Below, piece by piece: positions 42,862 to 54,469 of a stretch of 64,000 nucleotides of DNA. Each line of letters opens with the position of its first letter. Within the stretch, counting starts at the first letter, position 1. The stretch is from positions 682,001 through 746,000 of the forward strand of contig OU015567.1 of the NCBI GenBank assembly GCA_907165135.1, read 5' to 3'. Both the position numbers and the translations under genes were made by a program. This DNA comes from Oikopleura dioica (Eukaryota; Animalia; Chordata). Below the pieces are notes generated by a model. That model did not search any database, was not told the DNA's origin, and worked only from the letters and a program-made list of their open reading frames with translations.

Positions 42862-45402
42862 TCACCATCCAAAAGGCTCTTCTTCCGACTCTTCCGAATC
42901 ATCATCGCTTTCTCGTACAATCGGCATAATCGGAGCTTGCTGAGCTCTGACGCTAAATAAGCTCATATTGCTTGGCATTTTCTTCATAATCGATTGTTTT
43001 CGTCTTTGATGTTCTGTTGCGTTCATGATTCCGGCGCTGTAGCTTCTTCTTTCCACTTTGTGAAGTTGACCAGCGTTGGCGTACGGGTCGACTGGGTGAA
43101 CTGGTGCAAAGTCCATTTCAGAGGTGGTCATGGTGAGAGTTGGTGCTTCTTCTGGTTTTGGCAGGTCTTTCGCGAGCTCTTCGTATTTGTCTCCGAGGCG
43201 TTGTTTGGCGACTTCAAGGAGTCGAGCTTGTTCGCGAGGGTATGATTCGGCAATTTGCTTGTGGTCGGGATCAACTTGATTTTCCATAAAAAGGGGAAGC
43301 CAAAGTTATCTTGTTAATAAATCCCTGTCCTGAAAATCATCGTAGCAAAGTGAATAGACATACAGTTCACCCATCGCTGTAATCGTCGCCTGGCGCTTGA
43401 CAGTAGGCATCAACAATGAAATTTCACCAAAGAAGTCTCCCTCCTTCAAAACTAAGAAAATGACTCTCTTATTTCTGAATAGAACTTACTGAATGGCTTG
43501 AAGTCTTCGGTATCCGGCATTTCCACCAAGACAGATCCCTGAGTGATAAAATACATGCTTCGGCCAACCTGGCCGATTTTTACGATGGCATCGTCTTTCA
43601 TGTACATTTCCAGCTTCATAAACGGAAGGACCTCGTCAACGAAGTTTTTCGGCGCGTCCTTGAGGAAGGGAACTCCGTTGATTAACGGCGCGCAGTTGTG
43701 GCGAATAATCTCCATTCGCAGCTTTGGATTGAGGATCTTCAGTACTTTCGTTTCATCAAACATCTTTCCGGCGTATCGTTTCTCGTAGTAGTCCAAAACT
43801 CTTTGAGAAAGCTCCTTTGGAACTCTTTTCGTCTCCAAGTAGCCCATTACAGAGGCGATCTTCTCGTTGTAGAGGCGTTTTGATGCGGCCATCATGTGCA
43901 TCATCGACGAAGCGATACCGATGAAAGCTGCTTTGAGCAAGTTCCCGATGAAAGCGGAAGAAAAAGCGGCCCAAAGATCGTGGTAGTTCTGGGGAACGAT
44001 GCTTCCGTAGCCGATGAACATGTGACTCAGCGATCGAAAAACACTGTTTCTAAAGAAAAATATGTTTCTCGAATAAGGATGAGAGGATTCTTCTTACATG
44101 TACTGGAAGCTAAATGATGTCCCGTCCAGATGAAGCTGCTGAATTGTCGTCCAAGAGCTTTTATGAGGAAAAGCCGGATGAAAAGTCGTCACGGCAAACT
44201 AAGAAAAATCGGTCGGACTAGAAAAGGGAAATCGGTTACCTGAAAACAAGCAGAAATATGAATCCAAGTAAGAAGGACGAAAACAAAGAGGAAAATCTTC
44301 AAAAGCCCTTTTGCAACATCAGCATTGAAAACCTTCTCCATGTAAATCGTCAGATTGCGAAACAGTCGAGTCAGTCGCATGAGTCGGAGAACACCAGTGA
44401 TTTTCGTCAAACGGATGAATTTGAGGTATCGAATGATGTCACTTGCAGCCACTCTTGAAAGATAATGAGAAAACGGGAGTCATGAAATTGGTTACTTTTG
44501 AGTTCCGGCAATGTCAGTTTCTGCTGCGTAAATATCCGTGTCGTTGAAGAACACGGCCACAATCTGGTCCAACGGAAGCGTCGCCAGTAAATCGAGCCAG
44601 AACCAGCCTCGCATGTATCGCTTCCGGATCAACTTTGTGTTTAAAACTGCGACATCGGCTTCTTCGTAGCCCGTTCGGAAGTTGCACATCATTTCGAAGG
44701 TGAACCAGAGGTCCGAGACGAGGGTCGAGTAGAAGGCGAAATAGGGATGAATCGTGTCGGGACGGACCATGGCGTAGATGCTCTCGAACTTTGGATAAGC
44801 GATGAACATCGGGATCGTATAGATGTTGAGAAAGAGGATCAAGGCTTTTTAGATCTTCACAATTGGCCTCAGATTTTGGGGATGGTGTCTGGAAGCGTCA
44901 AAAATTTCGATAAATTTTCGTGGGGGGCTACTCGGCTGCTGATTGGCCGATTTGCCGAATCCAGGCTTCTGATTGGTTGAAAATATCTACGCAAAATTTG
45001 TCGAAATTTTTGTCGGTTCCAGACACTTTCCCAAATTTTAAAGAAGAAAGAAAACAAGGAAGACCTTCCTGAAGTCAAGTCCAAAAAAATCCTGAAAAAC
45101 GAGTAGGGATGAATCACAAATGGAAGTTTCTCGATAACTTCATTCTCCGCCTCCAACTTCTCGTCGCAGCCAAATTTGTCCGCATGAAAATCGGCGATGC
45201 TGAAGATCGACTTTCTTGTATTCGCCTTTTTTGTACTGAGAAGGCTTTCTTGCTGCTCCACCGATTTCTTCTTCTCGTCATTTTGATCTTGTGTGATTCC
45301 GAATTCAGCAAGAGGCGAATTGAAAGTTGATTTTTTTCTCGATTTGAAGGCGGTTTTCCGCGCTCCCATGACGGAGACTCTCCGGGGTTCTAGCGTCGCC
45401 AT
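42862..45402 (-). CDS. HCN: HCN-like hyperpolarization-activated cyclic-nucleotide-gated channel
   Basis: VIHPYS, WFWLDLLATLPLD, S4 RYLKFIRLTKITGVLRLMRLTRL, pore SHMFIGYG, C-linker YYEKRYAGKMFDE, CNBD FFGEISLL...RQATITA. Confidence 0.85.
44879..45032. mobile_element. Second copy of the CCAAT-containing MITE, inside an HCN intron
   Basis: Shares tactcggctgctgattggc and ggcttctgattggtt core and the arms with 17264-17417. Confidence 0.75.
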
Positions 45403-45496
45403 CAGACCAAGAAAAATTCCAAAACTGATTTTTCGCGTTTATTTATTTTTTTACAGGAAAGGGTTTCTAGAGAAAAGAGTCTTCATGCACCAATCT

Positions 45497-46778
45497 TTAG
45501 TCTGAACCACCAATGATGGCGATTAGGTAGATGAAAATTCTTCCTATCTTTTTATTGGATCTTAAATTTGGAAAGCGAAAGGAGGAATTTGAAAAGTCAC
45601 GTGATCCGAGTCCTGCATGAAAATGTACATTGATGCTCGAACCCACTCATCGGGCGAAAAGTCGTACTTGTTGTTGACAATCAGCGAGAGTGTAAAAAGA
45701 ATTCCAACGCTCCCGCAGAAGATAACGAAGACACTGGAAATCAGAGAGCTATTTTCAAATGAAAACCTACCAAAGCATTGCCCAGTAAATTTCAATCGGG
45801 AAGAGGAACCATCCGAGAAGACCGATTGGCCAGGAAAGAACGAAATAGATGATGATGACGATTTTCATATGATTGAAGATGTCTTGATAAACGCTTTAAA
45901 TAGTGAAAAGGAATTTTTTCTTACCAAAGCCGCAAACGGTTAAAATCAAGCTGACAAAGAAAATTGACGCGGTTCCGATTCCAGCAGGCACGATTACGGC
46001 TAAAATTAAGATTAAACTGATGAAAGAAGATTTGTACTTACAGAATGCATCTTGAACGCAAGTTTCTACGGCTTCACATTTGGAACTACTACTTCCATAT
46101 GAGCAACCATATTCATCAGCTCTTAAATAAATTCATAAATTTTAACATATAGAGCTAAACTCACTTGCAAAATACATCGTAGCTACAGTTACTTCCAGCG
46201 GTCGACCACATTCCGGCAAGAAATGCGAACATAAACGCCATCAAAACGCTGAAAACGACCAACGAAATTATATTTAATGGCGATGTCCGCATGAGCTTAT
46301 CACTTTTCTCCAGTTTTTGAGCCGAAAAAATTAATGAAGTGCCTTGATTATCCAAAAACGATCCTGCAAGCCATAATACAGGCCACGATGGGAAAGACAA
46401 GAATAACGACCCAGTACAACCACCAGTTCTCGGAAATATAACAAGCAGTCCCATAATCAAACAAGATCCAGCACGTCATCGCCCCAAGAAGGCACATTTG
46501 CAAGCAAACTTTTCAAATGAATTTAACGTTTCATTTGCTTATCTAACCTGTTAGCGAAACTTTGATAAGAAAGGGCCTTCGATTGACCTCATCAAATCCT
46601 TCAGACTCGATATTTATGTCGCCTTGTGGGACATAAGCCGTGGAAGGGGAAATTCTTCGTTCTGAAATTCTGCTCCCGCTTTTGGAATATCACTGAATAA
46701 ATAATTCTTTATTCTCTTCGCCGGAAAAGTTCCCTACCCAAGTTCGACATCATCAAATGCTTCATTCTCTTTTCCCAT
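45497..46778 (-). CDS. TMBIM/Bax-inhibitor-1-like protein, paralog B
   Basis: Start MGKENEAFDDVEL. C-terminal YDFSPDEWVRASMYIFMQ/IGRIFIYLIAIIGGSD*. Parallels paralog A. Confidence 0.6.
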
Positions 46779-47042
46779 TTTTCTATTTTTGGGCGAAGAA
46801 AGCTGGTAATAATCCAAGCTTCCTCACGAGTGTGCATTCAATCCTGTTTGCCTTTCTCATATTATTTGAGTAAATACCAAAAAGCTCGTTATTACCTCCA
46901 AAATTCTCTTGAGCATTAACTTTTCCGACGAGGTTTTTTCCGAGACATTTTCCTCACATAGAGTGAGAGGACATATAATAATCCACTTCTTCAATCGTTC
47001 AGTGGCTCAGTTGATGTCTCAGTCGTTGTCTCCGTTGAGGAG

Positions 47043-47200
47043 TCAAGTTGTGGGAGAGTCGGTTTGCTCGGTTGGTGGCTTAGTCGTTGGCTCAGTTGTG
47101 TGATCAATTGGAGGCTTAGTTGGGGACTCAGTCGGTGGGTCAGTTGAGGGCTCAGACGGTTGGTCAGTGTCGCATTTCGGCTTGGAAAAGTCGAGGGAAA
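47043..47200 (-). pseudogene. Pro/Thr/Ser-rich mucin-like coding fragment
   Basis: PSEPSTDPPTESPTKPP...PTT* continues as STETTTETSTEP after a 1-nt shift. No host gene was resolved. Confidence 0.3.
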
Positions 47201-47853
47201 CTTGGTCGCCCCGGCGAGTTATTCTACTTATTCTAAATGAGAGTGCAGTCACTCAAAATGAAATCGCGGTATTAAGAAATTCACCATTATCAAGTGCCAG
47301 TTGCGTAAGTTTCTAAAAAAGAAAAGATGATTTTTAGCGAACAACCTGAGTTAGGCAACGACGGCAACAACGGCAACAAAGGCAACAACGGCAACAGGGC
47401 CAAATAAAAATAATTCATATTTTCGCATAGCCTGAGTTAGGCAAGAACGGCAACATTCTAGAAGCAAACTTGTCTTTAAAACCCCTTGAGTTTCCTAAAA
47501 TCAGGCGCGAAGCGCATACTCACTCTTTGACTTTTGATTTTGTTTGCTAAAACGGTGAATTTATAATTAGTTCAAGTTGGCTAATTACAATTCGCAAACT
47601 GGTCAATCTATGAAGTTTAACAACGAACAAAGAGCCGTGGAAAAAAAATTTGATTATTTAACAAAAAGTACTTTTCTTTTATAATATTGTAGTTACACAG
47701 ATATTGAGCCTTATAATGAGTTCCATACTTCCATTTTCAATACTGCCATTTTAAATCTGACAAGCATTTGCAAAAAAATAACATCTAAAGCTGCGCTCTA
47801 GAGAAAAAATGCAAAAAAAAGAACAAGAAAAACATCGCGCAAAATTCATCAGA

Positions 47854-47932
47854 ACCTGAGAATGGCAACATGTTGCCGTTGTTGCCTTTGTTGCCTTTGT
47901 TGCCATTGTTGCCGTTGTTGCCATTCTCAGGT
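47854..47932. repeat. Small element with perfect 16-bp TIR enclosing a (GTTGCC-N3)n nonamer array; related fragments at 47343-47460
   Basis: acctgagaatggcaac / gttgccattctcaggt. Confidence 0.7.
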
Positions 47933-48621
47933 CGAACCATTTTTAGGCATGTTTTTTTTCACCAACTTCTTTTATAAGACTCAATTTACCTCTATCTCTT
48001 CTGAGCTTCCCGCATTTTGCTGGTCAATCGGGACTGCATTTAGTTTTGCAAAAGATAAAATTTTGAGAATTTTCATTTTAAAAGGATCAATAAGAAATTT
48101 TTCGACATACAAATGAATTTTAAAGCACAACCGATGGGGAGCAAGAGCCACAGTTTATGCATGATTTTACGTCATATTCGGTTTTTTATCGCCTTATTTA
48201 GGCGATTTTTGATGAAACTTCGGATTAACGTGGCCTTAAATTCACGCATTGCGGTCTACTCAGTCGTGTTCAGGAGGATGACCTTGCTGTCTGGAATCAT
48301 ATGAACAGTACCGTTAAAGACTGAATTTGATCAGGAACGGTTGAAGTACCGTAATTCCGAGTGTGAACGGTGGTGGCGCTATGAGTGCTCTTATTTTCGT
48401 GAAATCGTCGAATGAAGCATGAAAGGTCAGCCGACCAAGGACTCTCTATTCGCTGTTTTTACTCTTTCTAGCTCGGACAAAACTTGCCCTTCTCCTTTCC
48501 GTCAACCTTTTGCCAACGTGCGTCTAACTCAAAATCGCAAACTCGCCACTACATAGTTCTTCTTTTTCATTTTCAGGCAGAGAGTTTAGTTTGAGAGAGA
48601 AAAAAGGAAAGAGAAAGGAAA

Positions 48622-50472
48622 ATGAAGATGATACGAAGATTGCTGCTTTTTCAGGAAAAAATTACAAAATTTCATTAAAAATTATAAAAAGCGGAAATTT
48701 TTCAAAAATTTTTCGAAAAATTTTTGGAAAAAAATTTTAATAAATTTCAAAAATTATCGAATTTTTCAAAAGACAGTCGTTCTTGCTCAATTCAACGAGC
48801 TCGATCTGTACAATCGACCGCGAAAGCCCCGGCCCAATGCGCCGAGAATTTACGATGCAAGTGATGCACCTCTTGAAGACTTCTCCATGCTTGATGATGC
48901 CCAAGTGATTCAATACGAAGACGAAGGGGAAGAAGAAACGATGGACGCTCCAGCGTTGATGAGTGGTATCAGACCGCCCGTAAATATCATGGTCAGAGGT
49001 GCCAGGCAGCGAAAGCTTGGGTTTTGCAATTTTTTATTTGAATAACTGCATATAAAGTTATTTAACTATGACTCATACTGTGTGACTTTCATCATACTAT
49101 TCTTTATTTACAAAACTCTTGACTATTTTGTTAATCCAATCGCGCAAATGAGAAAAAAAAATATAAAAATTTTTAAGAAAATAATTTTTCTGATTTTAAC
49201 GCGACTTGAAAATTCTCGAAATTAAAAATCCCGAATAGAAAAGAAAGCAAGCGGCAAAAACAACTGCTGCTCCAAGCACAACAACCCTTCAAATCAACGA
49301 AGAAAATAATGAGAAGATGCCAAAATTTGCTAGGTTTTTGCTTCAATTTTCCCTTTTTCAAATGTTTTTTTAAAGAACCGCGGCAGAAGACGAAGTTGAA
49401 AACATTCAGTTTCGGATGGAAGCGATTGTTCAGGAGGCGAAAAAGTGGGTGTTCAATAATATTGGGCGAAATTCGCAAAGAGATCAGCTGAAGGCGAAAC
49501 GACTTGTGCAGAGGCTGGATGCTCTTCCGGATCGATATGCTAAAGGAATGTTTGTCAGAGACAATAAAGAGAGGATAAAATTGACAAATTTATAAAAAAA
49601 AAGCGAGGTCAGTTTTGATCCCCTTTCAAAAAAATAGAAATAAATGACAATTCGTTGGCCATGAATCATGTGATAAACCAGAAAAAAAGTTTTCGAGCGC
49701 TGCCGAAGTCCAGAAGACGCAGCTCTGATTGCCGAGCGCAAGAAGCAGCGCGAACTGGAAGGCGGCGAAAAAGGTGAGAGAATGGACAAGGACGAGAAAG
49801 AGCTCATCAAGGAAGAAAGAAAAGCAGCAAATGCGATCAAAAAGGAAGCACGGCTCAAGAAAAAGGCCGAACGACTCGAAAAACAAAGCTCAAATGGGGC
49901 TGAGAATGAACTGACAACTGTAAGAAAAGTCGGTTGTTTGCAATCTACATTATGATGATTCTAGAGACGAACGGATGACTTGGAATTCCTGGCGCTAGAA
50001 CGAGAATATGAAGATTACACCTGGGTCCGAAAACGACGAGAAGCGGAACCTCCGAAAAAGGGAGGAAAATTTCGACCTGGAAGAGTATCTCGGCGGCCAG
50101 AAAAATACTTTCACTTTTTGCAGAATCAAATCAAAGACAGAAAGTAAGGAAGAAAGCTGTTAATTCTTCTATTGTTTTTCTAGGCTCCAGCGAAACGAGT
50201 TGAAGTGCGATAACGAGCTGTACCCCGACTGTAAGAAAAAAGGCAAAGCAGGCGCTGATGCTCGTCGAAAATTCAGACCAAATGCACAGGAAGCTATGTG
50301 GACCAAAATTGTCAGGGCGATGCGACTCGCTCCACTTGAGGTAGCAAAATCTTTGTTTTCAGTTTTTGATGTTTCGCTTTCAGATCGCGGAAAATTGCCA
50401 CATATGGGAACGACTAGAAAAGAAAACGTCGAAATTAAAAGAAAAGGCATGGAAGTGGTTCTTGGAGACTGA
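48622..50472 (+). CDS. Hypothetical secreted, highly charged protein, multi-exon
   Basis: MKMIRRLLLFQ/TVVLAQ signal peptide formed by a GA-AG splice, followed by several open charged exons. Confidence 0.5.
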
Positions 50473-52681
50473 ATCTGGCCAAGTGAAGGGTCGTGAATTG
50501 AGAATACTCATTCGCGAGGAGAGAAATTGATGGAGATCGTGAAATCGCGAGCTCTAGCAACTCACTGGCGCCATTAATTTTACAGGTTTTTGTTCTGATA
50601 TTGAGCTCAATAGCAGAAAATCAACTTTGAAAAAGCCTTTTGAAACCAATGGGCTATTCAATTAACCATCAAGAGAGGTTTTTCTCTAAGCCAATAAGAA
50701 ATCCCAATTTTTTCCCAATCACAGGCGAGCAAAACCCCATGGCCCATAACGCCCCCACCTTTGAGCCTATAAAAAACGACCACTTTTATCTTCTACCAAT
50801 TTGAGTCGAGCAAAGCCCCCTTGCCCTCCCCCCTCGATTTTTACCCACCCCTCGCCGCTAATTCTTATGAAAACTCAGTCTGGGTAAGGTTTCCGACCCA
50901 ACAAAAGAACGAGTGAACGCTAGAATGATCAAAACGACGAAAGAAAGATTCCACTACACTGAATAAACCCGAGATCTGATGCCTTGCCAATCTCAAAAAA
51001 AAAACATAAAAAACTGTATATTCATTTGTTTACTCGTGTTTTAGTCCCATAAACTTTACAAAAAGGTGATGATCAAGTCTCCGGAGAAAATCGTGAACTC
51101 AAAAACCGGCAACTTTAAAAAGAAGAAGAAAAAATCGAAAAAGCAAATTTTAAAAGAACAACAACAAAGAGGATGAGAAATTGGCAAAAGAAAATCTCGC
51201 GCGATGAAGCTTTTGCGACTTCAATCCTCTTTTTTTCTGTAAATATTGAATTTTTAAAAGACTGAAAACTAAAAAAATAGACGCCATTTTCATCGAAGCT
51301 GGGGAGCAGAGAATGGACGATCTATTTTTTATTCCGAGAAAAATGAAGCTGTCCAAAATTTTATGGTGAATAAAATTGATCCAGTTTTACGCCAACTCAA
51401 TTGTTTAATTTTAAATTGGTGTAATTCTTTTGAAGGATGACGGTTCAATTCAAGCGTAATTGAAAATGTGTCAAGATTGAATTAAATTTGCGAATACCGA
51501 GATAATTTGGAAGGCTTTTGGAAGGTTCCCTATTCGACTTTTTATGCACGATTAAGAGATTCTGCTCCATTCTTGAAGATTAGAGCTACGCACCTGAATT
51601 ATTAACGGTATGCAAGATGGAATAGACAGTCGTTTATTTAGTCGATTTCAGCAAAATTATCATCGGCCATGAATCATTTATTTATCCATAATGTATAGAC
51701 TTAGAGATTTTCATGCGTAATTTTACAGTTTCAAAGGAGGATGTGCTTTAACAAGGTCTATTATCATCTCTCGAATTTCGGCTCTTGAAACAAATTGTGG
51801 CGCAAAAACATGAGAAGCGCCAATTCCGAGAACTAATTAAAATATTTCCAATGTTTCGAGAAAAAACCTCAATTCTGAATAATGAAGCCTTTGGCTACAA
51901 AAGTCCTGAATTAGGAAGTTGAATAATAAATTCAGAAAATGTACTGTATCTACTGGTATACTGGATTGGTGTTCGAGACCTTTCCTAGAGGCTCATTGTC
52001 CATTCTGTATCGCTTTTCGTCGGTTCAATCGTAAAATACACAGAACAGCAGTTGACACTAATCGAGTCAAAATGCCGCTGAATTTAAAAAATTAATCGGG
52101 TTGAACCGTTCCTTTGAATTGCTGCGGCTGATCCGCTGAATCGTCCGCTCATGTCTTACTGTACTTGGTTCTCCGATAATTAATTGAATTTATCAATGGG
52201 TAATCGAAACGACAGGTCTGCAGGAAAATGACCTTTGCTTATCAGTGCTGAGCTGGGAGACCGTTTCTGATCTTTTCGAGAGACGCCATTTTGCGAAACC
52301 GAACCGTGGTGGCGGTGGCACGTAGTCAAATTGCGGTAAAGGCAATTCTTTATGAACTCGTTTTGATCCTAGAAAGCTTAATAATTTGTTTCTCTATATT
52401 CTTGGCTAAACTAACCGCCAATTCCCATAAGAGCTCTTTTGATAGTTTTCTATCTCTCTCTTTTTTAGAGCAAAAAAAGAGCATATTTGCAGAAAGTCAT
52501 TCAATCGGTAAAAAATGAATAGAGAAATTTTTTTCTTCGTTAAATAAAAAAAAAACTCTTTCATCATTGAAACAAGGTTTGTTATTTTTTGATGATTATT
52601 GGTCAGAAAAAATAATTAACAGCAAATTTGCTTCAGGAGATTTTTCTGATCTTGTCGGACAAATTAAACATCTTGGATTAA

Positions 52682-52905
52682 GGATCCCCCTCAACAATTT
52701 TCGAGAAACTGAAAATCGGGTGTTCGATATTTTGACCCAGGAAATGGATTCTTAGGGGGTCTATTTCGACTCTTTCAACCCGAAAATCGCTTTTGAAAAT
52801 TGCAATTCTGCCCGGAAATAAAGGAAAAATCGAAATTTTCGCGATAAAACCCATATTTTTTCTGAAATAATCATACAGGAAAAGGAAACCCGAATCATTC
52901 TAAGG
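52682..52905. mobile_element. Deleted relative of the GGACCCCC TTAA MITE
   Basis: ttaaggatccccctcaacaattttcg start and a shared internal gaaatggattc...gggggtctat core. Confidence 0.55.
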
Positions 52906-52922
52906 ACCTGCCAATCGATTAA

Positions 52923-53253
52923 GGACCCCCCCCCCCTCCGTCAACAATTTTCCTCGAAAAATCGAAAATCGAAAAAAGCCATATTTTGGCTTCTCAGCGT
53001 GCCTAGAAGTTCAATTTATCTTAAAAACTTGTTCGGAGCACTTTTTGAACAATAAATCTGAAATTTTGGCATAATTGGCACTTTTTCGTCATTTTTCGTC
53101 AAAAAGTCCGATTTTCAAACGCGATTTTGAGGGTGTTAAAGTCGAGATAGACCCCCAAAAAATGAAGCCTCAAAATCGTTTTTTGGCCCGTAGAATCCAT
53201 TTTCGGGGTCAAAATTCTGAAATAGATTTTTCGAAAATTATTGACGGGGGTCC
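52923..53253. mobile_element. 331-bp TTAA-flanked GGACCCCC MITE, inverted copy of 32414-32748
   Basis: TTAA at 52919-52922 and 53254-53257, with high similarity to the other copy. Confidence 0.85.
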
Positions 53254-54043
53254 TTAAAATCATTATCAGAAATATGGGTGGTCCTTAACTTCGCAAAATA
53301 GAAGAGTAAAGCATCATTATTCCAGTTCAAAATTTAGGTCAAGGAAGAAGAGACGATAGAATGACATATTTTCATTAAGAGTACCTTCTGCATATCTGTT
53401 TCTTTCGTAGATTACAGTAAATCTGACCAAAGCCCATTATGACGCCCCTTGTGTGCTGGGTCACGCTTTTTGGGCGAGCTATCATTTTAAAAATTGAAAA
53501 AAGCAGCTTTCAAAGAAGATTCTTCCATTTGTTGATTTACCTTGTCATTTTTTAGAAGAAAGATATTCATTAGATTACTTGCTAATTCGTGTGCTAAGGT
53601 GATCAAGAAGCCGCCCTTCTGAATATTGAGAGAGCTGACGAGCGCCAGTCCATCTTCCCGTTTACTGGAAGTTGATTATGAACGATTATTTTCCGTCTTC
53701 TCTCAGGAAATTTTCAGTTTTTTTTTGTTTTTCAAAGAGAATAATTTATCGAGAGAAAATGCTCAGTTCGATTATTGCCTTTGTCTACAGGAGTGGTACG
53801 AGATTTTTGTTGAAAAATTTGGACTAGAAAAAATTAGTTTTTTTTTTTAATTTTTAATTTGGGTTATTCAGATTGGAGTTGAGTAAAGGTAAGGACTTAG
53901 GATTTTCAAGTAAAAATTAGGTTAGTGGTTAGATTTTTCAATCGAATTTGTGAACTTGTTTTTGTAGTAAAACCATTTTATCCGAAGAAAAAGATAATGC
54001 TTGAAATTTTTTTCGTTGAAAAATAAATAACCCTAACCTTAGC

Positions 54044-54272
54044 CAGGGTTTGAAAAGTCACAAATTTTGACTGAGCATAGGCACGGTTGAGCATTGGCGT
54101 GCTCAGATTTCGCTGAGCCTGAGCATGTTTGAGCATCCGTCGGCTCAAATTTCGCTGAGCACTCGAATGCTCAGATTTTATTGAGCTTGAGTACGACTTA
54201 GCTCGACAAGCTGAAATTACCGTTGAGTTTGAGCACACTGAGCATGCTCATGCTCAGACTTTTCAAACCCTG
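54044..54272. mobile_element. 229-bp hAT-type MITE (CAGGG termini) with perfect 8-bp TSD
   Basis: ACCTTAGC at 54036-54043 and 54273-54280. TIR cagggtttgaaaagtc. Internal tgagca repeats. Confidence 0.9.
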
Positions 54273-54469
54273 ACCTTAGCACTCCTTCATTTCGATTAAA
54301 ATAATAGAAATTATCCTGAAATAATTCTGATTTCAAATAATTCTGAACTCTTAAATCTAATCCGCTACTCTTACTAATATAGTGCGAAGTAGAAACACTC
54401 AAATCTATACCCTCCCCAAATATGCTAATCTCGAGCCACGAGCAAGTTTAAGTATCAATATTAAATCGA

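Noticed and set aside
47862-48116. Cys-rich metallothionein-like ORF (MATCCRCCLCC)
   Set aside because: It is a translation of the nonamer microsatellite inside a TIR element, and the remainder has no coding character.
51300-52000. Possible decayed coding sequence
   Set aside because: Multiple stops and no recognisable homology by eye.
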